Positions 47,280-57,580 of a stretch of 64,000 bases of DNA are shown here, piece by piece. This DNA is from a virus, in the IMG/VR virus record IMGVR_UViG_3300008117_006295, positions 1-64,000 of that record, one strand, 5' to 3'. Position numbers and translations under genes: made by a program. Numbering within the stretch: the stretch's first letter is position 1; each line of letters starts with the position of its first letter. Below the pieces are notes generated by a model. It worked only from the letters and a program-made list of their open reading frames with translations. It did no database searches and had not been told where the DNA came from.

Positions 47280-47876
47280 ATGTTTAATTTTACTAATGCT
47301 AATTTACTATTAAATAGACCAAATCATACGATAGATGCTAGTATAATTTCAAAAGAACAGATAAGATATATTTTAGCAGTGCTAGATAGTGTATTAAGTC
47401 AAAATATTCAAGGAGACGTTGTTGAATTTGGATGTTATGTTGGCGAGTCATCAAAATATTTAAGAATGATGCTAGATCATCATTTATCTACAAAAAAATT
47501 ATATGTTTATGATTCTTTTGATGGATTACCTCCATTAAGTAAATATGAAGAAAATACTGGGTGGCAACCAGGAACATTAAAAACATCAGAGTCCGTATTA
47601 GTAGAAAATTTTTATAACAATGGATTAAAACCACCAATAATTACTAAGAATTGTTTTGGATTTTTGGATGGTGATTTTTATGATAGTATTTATGATAGTT
47701 TATCTAAAGCCTATCCTCTATTATCTGTTGGAGGATGCTTAATGTTTCATGATTATGAAAGAAATGATCTTCCAGGAGTAAAAGCAGCTATAATAGATTA
47801 TATGAAAAATTATAATGATAATTCATATACTTTAATTAAAATTTATGAACAACTGGGATTATTAATTATTCTATAA
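47280..47876 (+). CDS. TylF/MycF/NovP-family sugar O-methyltransferase
   Basis: IQGDVVEFGCY.G, YDSFDGLP, LDGDFYDS, HDY, GVKAA. Confidence 0.88.
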   Translation: MFNFTNANLLLNRPNHTIDASIISKEQIRYILAVLDSVLSQNIQGDVVEFGCYVGESSKYLRMMLDHHLSTKKLYVYDSFDGLPPLSKYEENTGWQPGTLKTSESVLVENFYNNGLKPPIITKNCFGFLDGDFYDSIYDSLSKAYPLLSVGGCLMFHDYERNDLPGVKAAIIDYMKNYNDNSYTLIKIYEQLGLLIIL

Positions 47877-50800
47877 TATTATCTTTTCTTAATAAAATAT
47901 TTTCACTAAATATTGCACTATCCCAAGTAGGCTTAAAACTACTAAGTGTTGGTAATGTTGCTCCTGAAATATCAGATATATATTGTGAATTGTGGATATT
48001 AATATTTGGATTACTAGTATATGGATAATTAACATATGTTAATTTTGTTGTTTGTATATTATTAGCTAAATTAAGACTATCCTCATAATATAAAATATCG
48101 TCAACATATCCATTATTATAGAAATTATAAAAAACATATCCGTCATTAGAATTATACGTTAACCATGGAGCTTGTTGTTGTAGCCAGCCGGTGTATATAT
48201 CATTTCTCTTAATATCTTTTCTTCTAATAGTATTGGTAGATATTTGATGTCTAGATCCTATATTATCTAGTCTAGTAAAATTAGTTTGATAACCTTCAGC
48301 ATATTTAATAGCATATAATTTATCAGAATTATATACACTCTGATTTGGAACAGCAAACCTGGAAATATATGGCGAAGCATTTTTGAAATAAAAATCTATT
48401 AACTGTAAGGGACCAATAGGAAAACTATAGTCCTTAATATTTTTATTATATATTTTATTATTAAGATAATACTCTTTCCATGTTGTATTATAATCTATAA
48501 CAATTGCTTCTGGCGCAGAAACGTATCCTCTTCCAGGATCCGTAATTGTTACAGTTTCAATAATACCCTTACCGGTATATATTGAACCTAATATATCTTC
48601 GCTAATATCTATAGAGTAAGTCGCCTTTCCTCCTATACCTCCTCCTCCAGAAAAATAAATCTCAAATTTTCTTAAATTATAATCGCCACTATTTGTTTGT
48701 GGGAAAAATCCTTCTCCTCCATCTATAACATCTACATTAGATATCTGTCCATACTGATTAATTTGTACTAAAAATTCTGGTTTATGATTCCAACTAGTAG
48801 GTACTCCGGGAGTTTTGCAAATTAATGTACTATAACTCGAAAAACCTGTAGCGTCTGATATAGTAAGATCACTATATATATATCTACTATATCCATCAGC
48901 TATAGCTTGATTGTTTTCTAATGAATAATATTCTCCAACATCAGGATAACTATAAGAATAATTATCAAATAATCTAATAAATTTACTAGCTCCATTTAAA
49001 GATAGAGTTGCAGATTCCGTATCTCCTAATTCGTCTTCAATAGCTAAAACTGGATTTACATCAAAAAATGCTAACATATTAATATGGTGATCGTCATTAT
49101 TATAAGAATATCCAGATGGACAAATAAACCCACAGCGAGTTCCTGAGGGCCAATAGCTTGAATAATAAGAATCATATATTGGAAATGATAGTCCTATTAT
49201 CTCTCCAGAAACAGAAAAAAATGGATCTATAGGATAAGTAATAAATGTTCCAGAACTCACAGATTCATCATAAAAATATTCTGTAATATAGTTTGTGGTG
49301 CAACTAGCATAATTATTTTCGATATTTATTAATGAATTTATTTTATTAATATTTCCATAAGCATCTATAATTTTATCTATATAGTATAATTGATCATATA
49401 TTGATGAATATTTATTTGTTGTAATATACTGATCCTCTGTACTATTTTCACAATATCCTGGTATACCTGTTGTTGATATTGCTATAGATGAAGATTCTAA
49501 AAATGTTTTTGTAAAAACTAATGTAGTATCATCAAAAGCTATAATTGGTTTTTCATTAAATAAATAACCAGATAGGGTAGAGCAATAGTACTCACTACCG
49601 CTATAGTTAATATTGTAACTATTAGTAATAAATTTATTATCAGCTACATATGCATTATATGGTAATATTTCTCCACTAGAATCTTTCATAAGATCATTTA
49701 TTAGAATTTTTTGAATACCATGAATAGTTTGACCATATAAATATATGCCAATAGATTTATTGGAATTACAAGTATTGTAATCATCTCCTCCATCTGTAAT
49801 TTTAATATTTGAACATATTCCTTCTATTTTAGCCTGAGCTTTTGCTGGTTTAGATATTGAAAACTGAGAAAAATCTTTTTGCTCTCCATTTATAATTACT
49901 TGAGGTGGATAAGAATAATTTTCTCCATTATTCGTTATGGTTGCTCCCAAAACTTTATAATTTACTTCTGGAGTAAAAGAACAAGGGGTTCCACTATGAG
50001 TAGACTGTAATATAACTTCGGCTTGGGAATTAATCGGTCCATCTCCACCTTCGAATAAAATTCTAACATTTGGAGTACCAGAAGTTAAATTTAATCCAGG
50101 GTCAGATATGTATACTTTATCTAAAGTTCCAGATAATGTCAATCTAATTTCTAAACCATATCCTTCATCATTGGAGTTAATACTAATATACGGAGCTGTT
50201 TGGTAAAATTGTCCAGGATTATCTATATTTATCTGTGTAACACTGCCATCTGATATTAATGCTGTAAGATTTGCCCTGACTCCTTTTATAGGATTATAAC
50301 CTCCTATTAAATTAATTGTCGGCGCAATAGTATAATTATATCCAGTATTTAATATATCTATTTTACCAATAGAATAATTTATAGAAGCTATAGCTTTTGG
50401 CTCTCTTGTTTCTTTAAACGGAGAGGATATTGTACTGCCTATAATTTTTAATGTGGGTTGTGAAGCAAAAGATTGAAAATTACCAGAATCAACTATATAT
50501 CCTTCATAAGAAGCAACTGTCGGCGGAATAATTTCTACCGTTGGCTGACTAGCATAACGACCTCCATCTAGAATATTAATCTTTGATACTCCATAACTCA
50601 TTCTTGGAATTATAATAGCGTCACTAGATACAGTGAAAATATTAGTTGTATGACTTGGGGTCACAGTATGAGTAGCAGATACTGTACATGTTGGGGACGA
50701 GGTTTTTGTTATAGTCGGTGTTGATGTAGATGTTTTAGTAATCGTTGGAGTTTGAGTTTTAGTCTTTGTTACTGTAGGAGTTGGACTAAAAGATTTAGTA

Positions 50801-51915
50801 ACGGTTGGGCTTGGCGTTAATGTTTTAGTAACAGTTACTGATGGAGTAGGAGTTACTGTTGGTAAATTAAATGTAGCAATTGGGCCATGAAGAGCCTTAT
50901 GTGTTGGCGTTATACTTATCGTATTAGTCGGCGTCGGAGTATGTGTCCAAGATGGAGTTTTTGATTTGGTAAGAGTCGGAGTAAAAGTCACAGTAGCACT
51001 TGGAGTAGCAGTATTACTAGGAGTAACAGTCGGAGTTGATGTGGTGGTTGGTGTTGGTGTTTGAGACTCAACGATAGGATATAAAAATATACTAGCTCCA
51101 CTAGGCTTAGGTAAAGTTGGTAATGGTTTTCTTTTAATAAGTATCTTTGGAATTTGAGTATAATTTTTACCAGGATTAATAATATTCACTCCTGATATAC
51201 CCCCATTAATAAAACAACAACCAGAAGCCGCAAATCCCGGTATATGTCCTTCTATTAAAAGATTTGGCGCCTTAGAAAAACCAAATCCTTCATTTATAAT
51301 ATCTAATTCTTTTATATTCCAATAATCCTCATTTAAAATACTCATTATAGGAATAATTGAAGCTCCTCCAATATTATTTTCTATTGTAATTGTTGGAATA
51401 ATATCTCTATTAAATAATCCTGGGTTTATTATTTTAGTTTTATAGATATATCCAGATATAATTGCTTCTAATTTTGCATTTTCTCCATCTCCTTCTACTA
51501 TTAGATCTGGCGCTTCGTTATACGATCCACAGTCTACTATTTCTACAGATTTTATAAATCCACTTATTTCACATATTGCTTCGGCACTTAATCCACTACC
51601 ACTAAAAATAATATTTGGTTTATCTATATAATCATTACCACCAATAAAATTATTAATATTTTCTATACTACCAATAGAAATAATATCTGCGATTGCGCCA
51701 TTACCTCCACCTCCTTCGATAGTTATTGTAGGTGGTGAAATATATCCATTACCAGTATGATCAATACCAATAGCTACAACTTTACCATTAAACTCAGAAA
51801 CGTTGCCTTCGGCTTCTTTTGGTCTTCGATCCAAATAAACACTAACTGGTATTTGTAAATTTGATCCTCTGTTTTCTACTAATAATCCATAATCAGCTAT
51901 TGGTAATATATCCAT
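47866..51915 (-). CDS. Large virion fibre/baseplate-like protein with G.GY..AP repeats and a mucin-like tract
   Basis: About ten GxxYxxxPx[IV]x[IL] repeats plus a Thr/Pro/Ser tract. Confidence 0.7.
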   Translation of the reverse strand: MDILPIADYGLLVENRGSNLQIPVSVYLDRRPKEAEGNVSEFNGKVVAIGIDHTGNGYISPPTITIEGGGGNGAIADIISIGSIENINNFIGGNDYIDKPNIIFSGSGLSAEAICEISGFIKSVEIVDCGSYNEAPDLIVEGDGENAKLEAIISGYIYKTKIINPGLFNRDIIPTITIENNIGGASIIPIMSILNEDYWNIKELDIINEGFGFSKAPNLLIEGHIPGFAASGCCFINGGISGVNIINPGKNYTQIPKILIKRKPLPTLPKPSGASIFLYPIVESQTPTPTTTSTPTVTPSNTATPSATVTFTPTLTKSKTPSWTHTPTPTNTISITPTHKALHGPIATFNLPTVTPTPSVTVTKTLTPSPTVTKSFSPTPTVTKTKTQTPTITKTSTSTPTITKTSSPTCTVSATHTVTPSHTTNIFTVSSDAIIIPRMSYGVSKINILDGGRYASQPTVEIIPPTVASYEGYIVDSGNFQSFASQPTLKIIGSTISSPFKETREPKAIASINYSIGKIDILNTGYNYTIAPTINLIGGYNPIKGVRANLTALISDGSVTQINIDNPGQFYQTAPYISINSNDEGYGLEIRLTLSGTLDKVYISDPGLNLTSGTPNVRILFEGGDGPINSQAEVILQSTHSGTPCSFTPEVNYKVLGATITNNGENYSYPPQVIINGEQKDFSQFSISKPAKAQAKIEGICSNIKITDGGDDYNTCNSNKSIGIYLYGQTIHGIQKILINDLMKDSSGEILPYNAYVADNKFITNSYNINYSGSEYYCSTLSGYLFNEKPIIAFDDTTLVFTKTFLESSSIAISTTGIPGYCENSTEDQYITTNKYSSIYDQLYYIDKIIDAYGNINKINSLINIENNYASCTTNYITEYFYDESVSSGTFITYPIDPFFSVSGEIIGLSFPIYDSYYSSYWPSGTRCGFICPSGYSYNNDDHHINMLAFFDVNPVLAIEDELGDTESATLSLNGASKFIRLFDNYSYSYPDVGEYYSLENNQAIADGYSRYIYSDLTISDATGFSSYSTLICKTPGVPTSWNHKPEFLVQINQYGQISNVDVIDGGEGFFPQTNSGDYNLRKFEIYFSGGGGIGGKATYSIDISEDILGSIYTGKGIIETVTITDPGRGYVSAPEAIVIDYNTTWKEYYLNNKIYNKNIKDYSFPIGPLQLIDFYFKNASPYISRFAVPNQSVYNSDKLYAIKYAEGYQTNFTRLDNIGSRHQISTNTIRRKDIKRNDIYTGWLQQQAPWLTYNSNDGYVFYNFYNNGYVDDILYYEDSLNLANNIQTTKLTYVNYPYTSNPNINIHNSQYISDISGATLPTLSSFKPTWDSAIFSENILLRKDNIIE
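50641..51069 (-). repeat. Mucin-like TPT/PTVT/PTIT tract of about 140 codons
   Basis: ESQTPTPTTTSTPTVTPS...PTVTKSFSPTPTVTKTKTQTPTITKT...HTVTPSHTTN. Confidence 0.9.
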
Positions 51916-51931
51916 TATAGTCTTTCTTTTA

Positions 51932-54900
51932 TTAACCTATTTTATAAGCATTTCCTAAATTATCTATTAAAATATTTCCAATAATATTATCAAAGCTGCT
52001 AGAAAAACTAGTCATATGATTATTACATAATTTAGTTATATAATACACATAAGCTGGTTCACCTATAAGATGACCACGGAGTACATTTAATTCGCCAAAA
52101 TTTGTTATTATAATACTATCAAAATTAGAATTTTTAATTGATAGTCCACTAGCCATCAAAATATCAGTATTAAGATAATGGTTAAATTTAAAAGAATCAA
52201 AACTTATTTCTTCTGGAGCTGTATAGGCAGATGTATTAAGCTCGAAGCTATAATCTATATCACTACCTGAAATACTAGTCATAGAATAACTTTCATATGA
52301 ATGCCCATTAATCATACCGATACTATTTAAATATAATGAGTTACCGCACGGAGATGCTGTCCTAGATCCTACCGCTCCATCTGCACCAGTAGGGATACTA
52401 ATGGTGTAGTTCATACCACTAGTAACTAATACTGGAAATGGATTATGTCCAGTTATTTCTAATGTTAAATCACCAGATGCTATTATCTCTCCTTGTAAAC
52501 AACATGTTGTATCTTGATATATTATTTGTGGTATTATCTTTTGTTTAACACATTGTATATCCTCTAGATTAATCGTTGGAATATTTTTGATAGTATATAT
52601 ATTATTTATACTAGCATTACCATAATATAAAGCATAATTAATATTATCGATTGGAAATATATTGATAGATTTATTTATAATAGCAGTAAAAGATCCTGTG
52701 GGACTGGTATAAGTTATTTCTGCTAGATTATATTTTGTTTCTTCTAATAAATATATTTGATCCTGCATATATCCTTGATTATTAATAAATAATTTATCTT
52801 TATTATCTATTTTTATTATTCTACCAGGAAATACTTTATCGGGAACGCTATCTTCTATAGCTGATGATACAATGCCAAGATCTAGAGCAATTTCATTATA
52901 TGTAGTATATAGTGGTTCTTCTATAACTGATCTTATTCCTCCTGTTGGCGGAGGCCATACATATGAATTACCAAAAATATAGTCATTAATATTGGGATCG
53001 CTAGTATATCCTAGTGATGTAGTATAATTTACATAAGTGATACTAGTATTATAGTCTATTCCAGAAATTATAGTATTATTAGGATCTGCATTATCATCAG
53101 CAAATAATAAACTTAATGATTGAACAGGTATTATTAATGAGTGAGAAGTATTTTTTATTGGTAAATCTGGAGGACTAATATATCTATTTATAATACGATC
53201 ATAATTAGTATTTGTATCATAATTTATATAGTCACTAGAAGGAGAACTATTAGTCAATACAAAATCACTAGTAATACTATAAGATTTACCTAATGGATAT
53301 GTTGTTAATTGATCAATTATATAAACATGATTATTTGTATCAACTCCTAAATAATTTATGATATTACCATTATCAGCAGCGATTTTTGATTCTTCATTAT
53401 CAAAAATTATATCTCCAGAAACAAAAATATTGTTTTCTGAGCATCCTACTCTAATAGGATAATCAAAACCCTGACTTAGAATAACTCCTGTAGGCTCAAT
53501 GCTATACTTATTATTGGAAATAATATTACCAGAATTGACTATAATAAAACCAAATGGACCATCTGTTGGGACCAATTCAGCAATCGCTCCATCTCCATAA
53601 CCATTACCAGGAAAATAAATTTTAGCTATCTCTTTTTTAGACATTGGAAAAATATAACTATAATTTGTAAAATCTTCTTTAAACATAGTATCAGAATCAA
53701 TTTTGCTATAATATATAGAATTTAAATAGCCCGAAACCTCAATTTCGGCAGCGGTAGGAAATGGAGGAGAAGAATTTCCATCTATAGTTGTTGTTGTAGA
53801 TTCTGTAATGCCACCAGGACCAGGCCTATTTTCAAAATAAGATTTAGTTGTTATATTACCTCTTTTAATTGTTTGACCAACAAGCGTTATGTCATTATTA
53901 ATGAAACTAGCTCCTTCTGTTTTAAAATTACCAGCTCCACTTTCACCATCATCGAACATACCAGTAGTATTGACCGTAGAGACCTCTATCCATGGTGCAT
54001 CGACTAAAGTTTGATTTATAATAGATCCTCGATAATATCTAGTAGATGATTCATTATCCCCTTTTACTGTTAAATCATAAAAGGGTAAAGAAGGATTATA
54101 TATGCCCTCTTCATAATTATCTAATCTAGAAATATATTTAGCCCCGTGAATAGGATAAGGTACTGTACTAAAATAACTAGATAGATCATTATCAGTAGAA
54201 TAATTTGATGTAAACCCTTCTCTGGTATAATTATCTGTAGTAACAGATTTTGTTCCTGTTATACAATTCCCGGCTAATGATCTGCTACTACTATAGGTTA
54301 CTTGTTTACTGGCACTAACTCCACTTGAAGAGATACTTATACTTTTAGTTACAGTAAAACTTAATGGATTATTGCCAACGAGTGTTCTGGGTAAAGTTAC
54401 AACAGAATCTTCATCTACTATACCATCTCTTTCAATGTATCCCTGGCCCTCTGCATATACTTTTACTCTTCCAGCATTAATATAATCATCATAGACTCCC
54501 CATGCGGTAAGATATTCTCCTAGAATAGCATTACAATCAAAATCCATAAAGCCACCACCCGCTGATGGAAAATCTCCAATACGAAAATAATAATAATAAG
54601 TTTCTCCATCTTCTGGAGGAGGATCTATTTCCCAAGATATTCCAAAAGTAATAACGTCTCTTATATTTAATGGAGCATGTCTAAAATAGATTTCTGATCC
54701 TGCGATTTGAGATAAAATATTCTCTTCTGGTGGAGGAAGAGCATTATTGAATTTTGTTATACCGTATATATTTTCTGGAAAAGATTGTGAAACTATAATA
54801 TTAAAATTCGATCCATAGATATTTTCTATACTACGATATAATTGATGATAATTAATACTTTTACAAATATTATCTAATGTAAAAATTGTTTTATCACTAA

Positions 54901-57580
54901 ATTCTTCATTGGTTAAAGGATCGGACGATAAAGTATCAGTTCCTGGACCATGAATTTGCATCTCAATAAAATCTGGACTGTTTTTTACGCCAGAGAGAGT
55001 AGATAAAAAAGATTCTTTAAATTTAACACATCCGCTTCTTTCTGGAACCACCATTGTATAATTATCTAAAAGATATTTTTGGCGTATACCAGAAATATTG
55101 GTAATATGATTAATAGGTATAGGTATTCCGCTATATGTAGTTGCTCCAGAAAAACCAGGATTTGAATATGCAAAATCTAATGCATATAATGGTTTATCAA
55201 ATTCTATATAATCAATATCTGAAGCATTTAAATTAATATCTGCTATTTTCCATTGTTTAAATCTTGATTTGTCTATAATACTAGTTGCGCTAGGAGTTAT
55301 TGTTGAAGTAGGAGTTTGACTTAATGTTGGAGTTGCAGTAATAGATGATGTGGGAGTTTGTGTTTTTGTAACTGTAATTGTTGGAGTATTTGTGCTAGTA
55401 CGGCTATTTGTTGGAGTTTGAGTGTTAGTTGGAGTTGGTGTTGCGGGGGTTGGGCTTAATGTTGGTGTTTTGGTATGCGTAGGCGTAGTAGATTGTGTTA
55501 ATGTACAAGTGGGAGTAAATGTTGATGTTGGTGTTGGAGTATTCGCTATACTGGCAGGAGAAGACGAAGGTTCTGGAGTAGTAGTAGGTGTAGGAGTTGC
55601 TGTATTATAGTTATTTGGAAGATATCTTGTTACATTGGGGGCAGGAGATTTGCTAGGAGTAGGCGAAGCTGTATTTGTTGTTGTAGGAGTTAAGGTTGGA
55701 GAAGCAGTTAGGCTCGCCGTTGCCGTTGGCGTAAAAGACTGTGTTGTTGTTGGTGTTGGAGTCTTAGTTTTAGTTACAGTAATTGTTGGTGTAAACGATG
55801 GAGTTGCTGTTGACGATGGAGTTAAACTTTTAGTTGGAGTACATGTTGGTGTAATAGTAGGGGTTTGCGTACGAGTAGGAGTAATACTTGGTGTTGTAAA
55901 TGGAGGAATAGACGATGTCACACTTGGAGTTGGTGTAACGAACATAGGTATACCATGTACTAATAAATCGTCATCAGCTGCTTGTAAAAGTAGTTGTAAT
56001 TTAGAAGACGCTGTTCCTGCATGAGTATATCCTGTTCCAGATTCTGCTATTTTTATACTTGAAACCTTACCTCTAATTTCACATACCGCATATGCTCCAC
56101 TACCAGGACCAGGTTCTACAATAAAAGTTTCACCATTTATTTCTACTGTTTCTAATGGTTCTGGAGAAATTATTATATTAGGTGGTTTTTTCCATAATAC
56201 AGGATTATTCTCCATATAAATCTCTAAAACACCAGAAGATTCAGGATTTAATACGGCAATAGGTATTGGTATTTCTTCAAAATTAATTATTTCTCCACCA
56301 GCCGGTTGTAGTGCGACTACTGGAGCAGAAATATATCCTGTTCCAGGGAGTATAACTCTTATCCAATCAATTGATCCACTCCATGCAACGTCAAATTCTG
56401 CATCAACACCTTCTTCATCATGATAGTATTTTGTATTGTTTTCTCTAATAAAATTATGATTATAATGATAAAATCCATCAGAATCTTTAGAAGTATTATT
56501 TACATTAAAAAGACTTGGTTTATAATATTTTAGATAAATATTCGGTTCTCTACTAAATTCCAAAATATCTAGAAATGTTGGCGGTCTACCATTTTTTTTA
56601 AAAAAAGTATCATATGTGTCAAACCATGTATAAGTATTACCCGGTATATTTTCCCATGGTTCTTCTTTTGGATTTGGTAGATCAACTAAAGAAAATGATT
56701 TTATACTAGTATTTAATCTTGCCCTAACCGCTTCTGTGTCAGGATTATATCTATAGTTTTCTGGATAAGAATAAAATCCAGAATCTGCCAAACAGTCCAT
56801 TTGTAAATGTATTTTATTTGGAACACAATATAGATCATATGTATGAGAATCTATAAATTTAGTACCACTTGGTCTTGGTGTGCCATCTGTAGTTCCGTCA
56901 TTAACTATAAGAATATTACTATCTGGTATATCTAAAATTTTAAATCCTAATCCATTAAAAATTATATCATCTCCAATTCTAGGAATATATTCTACTTCTT
57001 CTAATGATTCATATATAATTTCGTTATATATTTTATATTCACCATTTCTATTGTAATAACTACCAGTTATTCCACTAGGTGGTATAGTTCCAATTCTTAC
57101 AATTATTGGCGATCTATTACTAGATAAACATGCACCATATCTATTTTCTATTATTGGAAAAGTATTTTGGTTATTAATTGCAATTGCACCATTATATAAA
57201 TCAACACCAAAAGTATTATTCATAGTCCATATTGAGCCATCACTTTTCATCAATAATTCTATATTATTATCTCCTGTTGGTGCAATAATTACTTTTAACC
57301 AATCAGTATTTCTATCTATTTGACAATAATTATTATATATTGGTAAATTTAAATTAAAATTACCCGCACCAACTTTTCCATTTATAGACCACAGAGTACC
57401 GCTCGTGCTAATTGCAAAATAATTACCAATACTTTGCCATTCTTGAATTTCACACTTTACTGGATTTAATGATCCATCTAAATGATAATATCTTGGACTA
57501 TAAGTAGGATCACATCCTTGTGATAGATTAGTATAATTATTGTTATTACAACAATATTGCCAAAAACTCATTATAAACAC
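51932..57580 (-). CDS. Very large virion protein with RCC1-like blades, G.GY repeats and a mucin-like tract
   Basis: FAISTSGTLWS, LMKSDGSIWT; PGTGYISAP; long Thr/Pro tract. Confidence 0.65.
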   Translation of the reverse strand: MFIMSFWQYCCNNNNYTNLSQGCDPTYSPRYYHLDGSLNPVKCEIQEWQSIGNYFAISTSGTLWSINGKVGAGNFNLNLPIYNNYCQIDRNTDWLKVIIAPTGDNNIELLMKSDGSIWTMNNTFGVDLYNGAIAINNQNTFPIIENRYGACLSSNRSPIIVRIGTIPPSGITGSYYNRNGEYKIYNEIIYESLEEVEYIPRIGDDIIFNGLGFKILDIPDSNILIVNDGTTDGTPRPSGTKFIDSHTYDLYCVPNKIHLQMDCLADSGFYSYPENYRYNPDTEAVRARLNTSIKSFSLVDLPNPKEEPWENIPGNTYTWFDTYDTFFKKNGRPPTFLDILEFSREPNIYLKYYKPSLFNVNNTSKDSDGFYHYNHNFIRENNTKYYHDEEGVDAEFDVAWSGSIDWIRVILPGTGYISAPVVALQPAGGEIINFEEIPIPIAVLNPESSGVLEIYMENNPVLWKKPPNIIISPEPLETVEINGETFIVEPGPGSGAYAVCEIRGKVSSIKIAESGTGYTHAGTASSKLQLLLQAADDDLLVHGIPMFVTPTPSVTSSIPPFTTPSITPTRTQTPTITPTCTPTKSLTPSSTATPSFTPTITVTKTKTPTPTTTQSFTPTATASLTASPTLTPTTTNTASPTPSKSPAPNVTRYLPNNYNTATPTPTTTPEPSSSPASIANTPTPTSTFTPTCTLTQSTTPTHTKTPTLSPTPATPTPTNTQTPTNSRTSTNTPTITVTKTQTPTSSITATPTLSQTPTSTITPSATSIIDKSRFKQWKIADINLNASDIDYIEFDKPLYALDFAYSNPGFSGATTYSGIPIPINHITNISGIRQKYLLDNYTMVVPERSGCVKFKESFLSTLSGVKNSPDFIEMQIHGPGTDTLSSDPLTNEEFSDKTIFTLDNICKSINYHQLYRSIENIYGSNFNIIVSQSFPENIYGITKFNNALPPPEENILSQIAGSEIYFRHAPLNIRDVITFGISWEIDPPPEDGETYYYYFRIGDFPSAGGGFMDFDCNAILGEYLTAWGVYDDYINAGRVKVYAEGQGYIERDGIVDEDSVVTLPRTLVGNNPLSFTVTKSISISSSGVSASKQVTYSSSRSLAGNCITGTKSVTTDNYTREGFTSNYSTDNDLSSYFSTVPYPIHGAKYISRLDNYEEGIYNPSLPFYDLTVKGDNESSTRYYRGSIINQTLVDAPWIEVSTVNTTGMFDDGESGAGNFKTEGASFINNDITLVGQTIKRGNITTKSYFENRPGPGGITESTTTTIDGNSSPPFPTAAEIEVSGYLNSIYYSKIDSDTMFKEDFTNYSYIFPMSKKEIAKIYFPGNGYGDGAIAELVPTDGPFGFIIVNSGNIISNNKYSIEPTGVILSQGFDYPIRVGCSENNIFVSGDIIFDNEESKIAADNGNIINYLGVDTNNHVYIIDQLTTYPLGKSYSITSDFVLTNSSPSSDYINYDTNTNYDRIINRYISPPDLPIKNTSHSLIIPVQSLSLLFADDNADPNNTIISGIDYNTSITYVNYTTSLGYTSDPNINDYIFGNSYVWPPPTGGIRSVIEEPLYTTYNEIALDLGIVSSAIEDSVPDKVFPGRIIKIDNKDKLFINNQGYMQDQIYLLEETKYNLAEITYTSPTGSFTAIINKSINIFPIDNINYALYYGNASINNIYTIKNIPTINLEDIQCVKQKIIPQIIYQDTTCCLQGEIIASGDLTLEITGHNPFPVLVTSGMNYTISIPTGADGAVGSRTASPCGNSLYLNSIGMINGHSYESYSMTSISGSDIDYSFELNTSAYTAPEEISFDSFKFNHYLNTDILMASGLSIKNSNFDSIIITNFGELNVLRGHLIGEPAYVYYITKLCNNHMTSFSSSFDNIIGNILIDNLGNAYKIG
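55278..55940 (-). repeat. Mucin-like TPT tract of about 220 codons
   Basis: VTPTPSVTSS...TPTITVTKTKTPTPTT...TPTSTITPSATS. Confidence 0.9.

Noticed and set aside
50641-55940. Thr/Pro tracts as a CRISPR array or DGR template/variable repeats
   Set aside because: The repeats are in-frame, degenerate and protein-level; no reverse transcriptase or adenine-specific variant pair was seen
55422-56024. + strand Val/Gly-rich ORFs (55422-55610, 55635-56024)
   Set aside because: Antisense shadows of the Thr/Pro codons in the mucin-like tract
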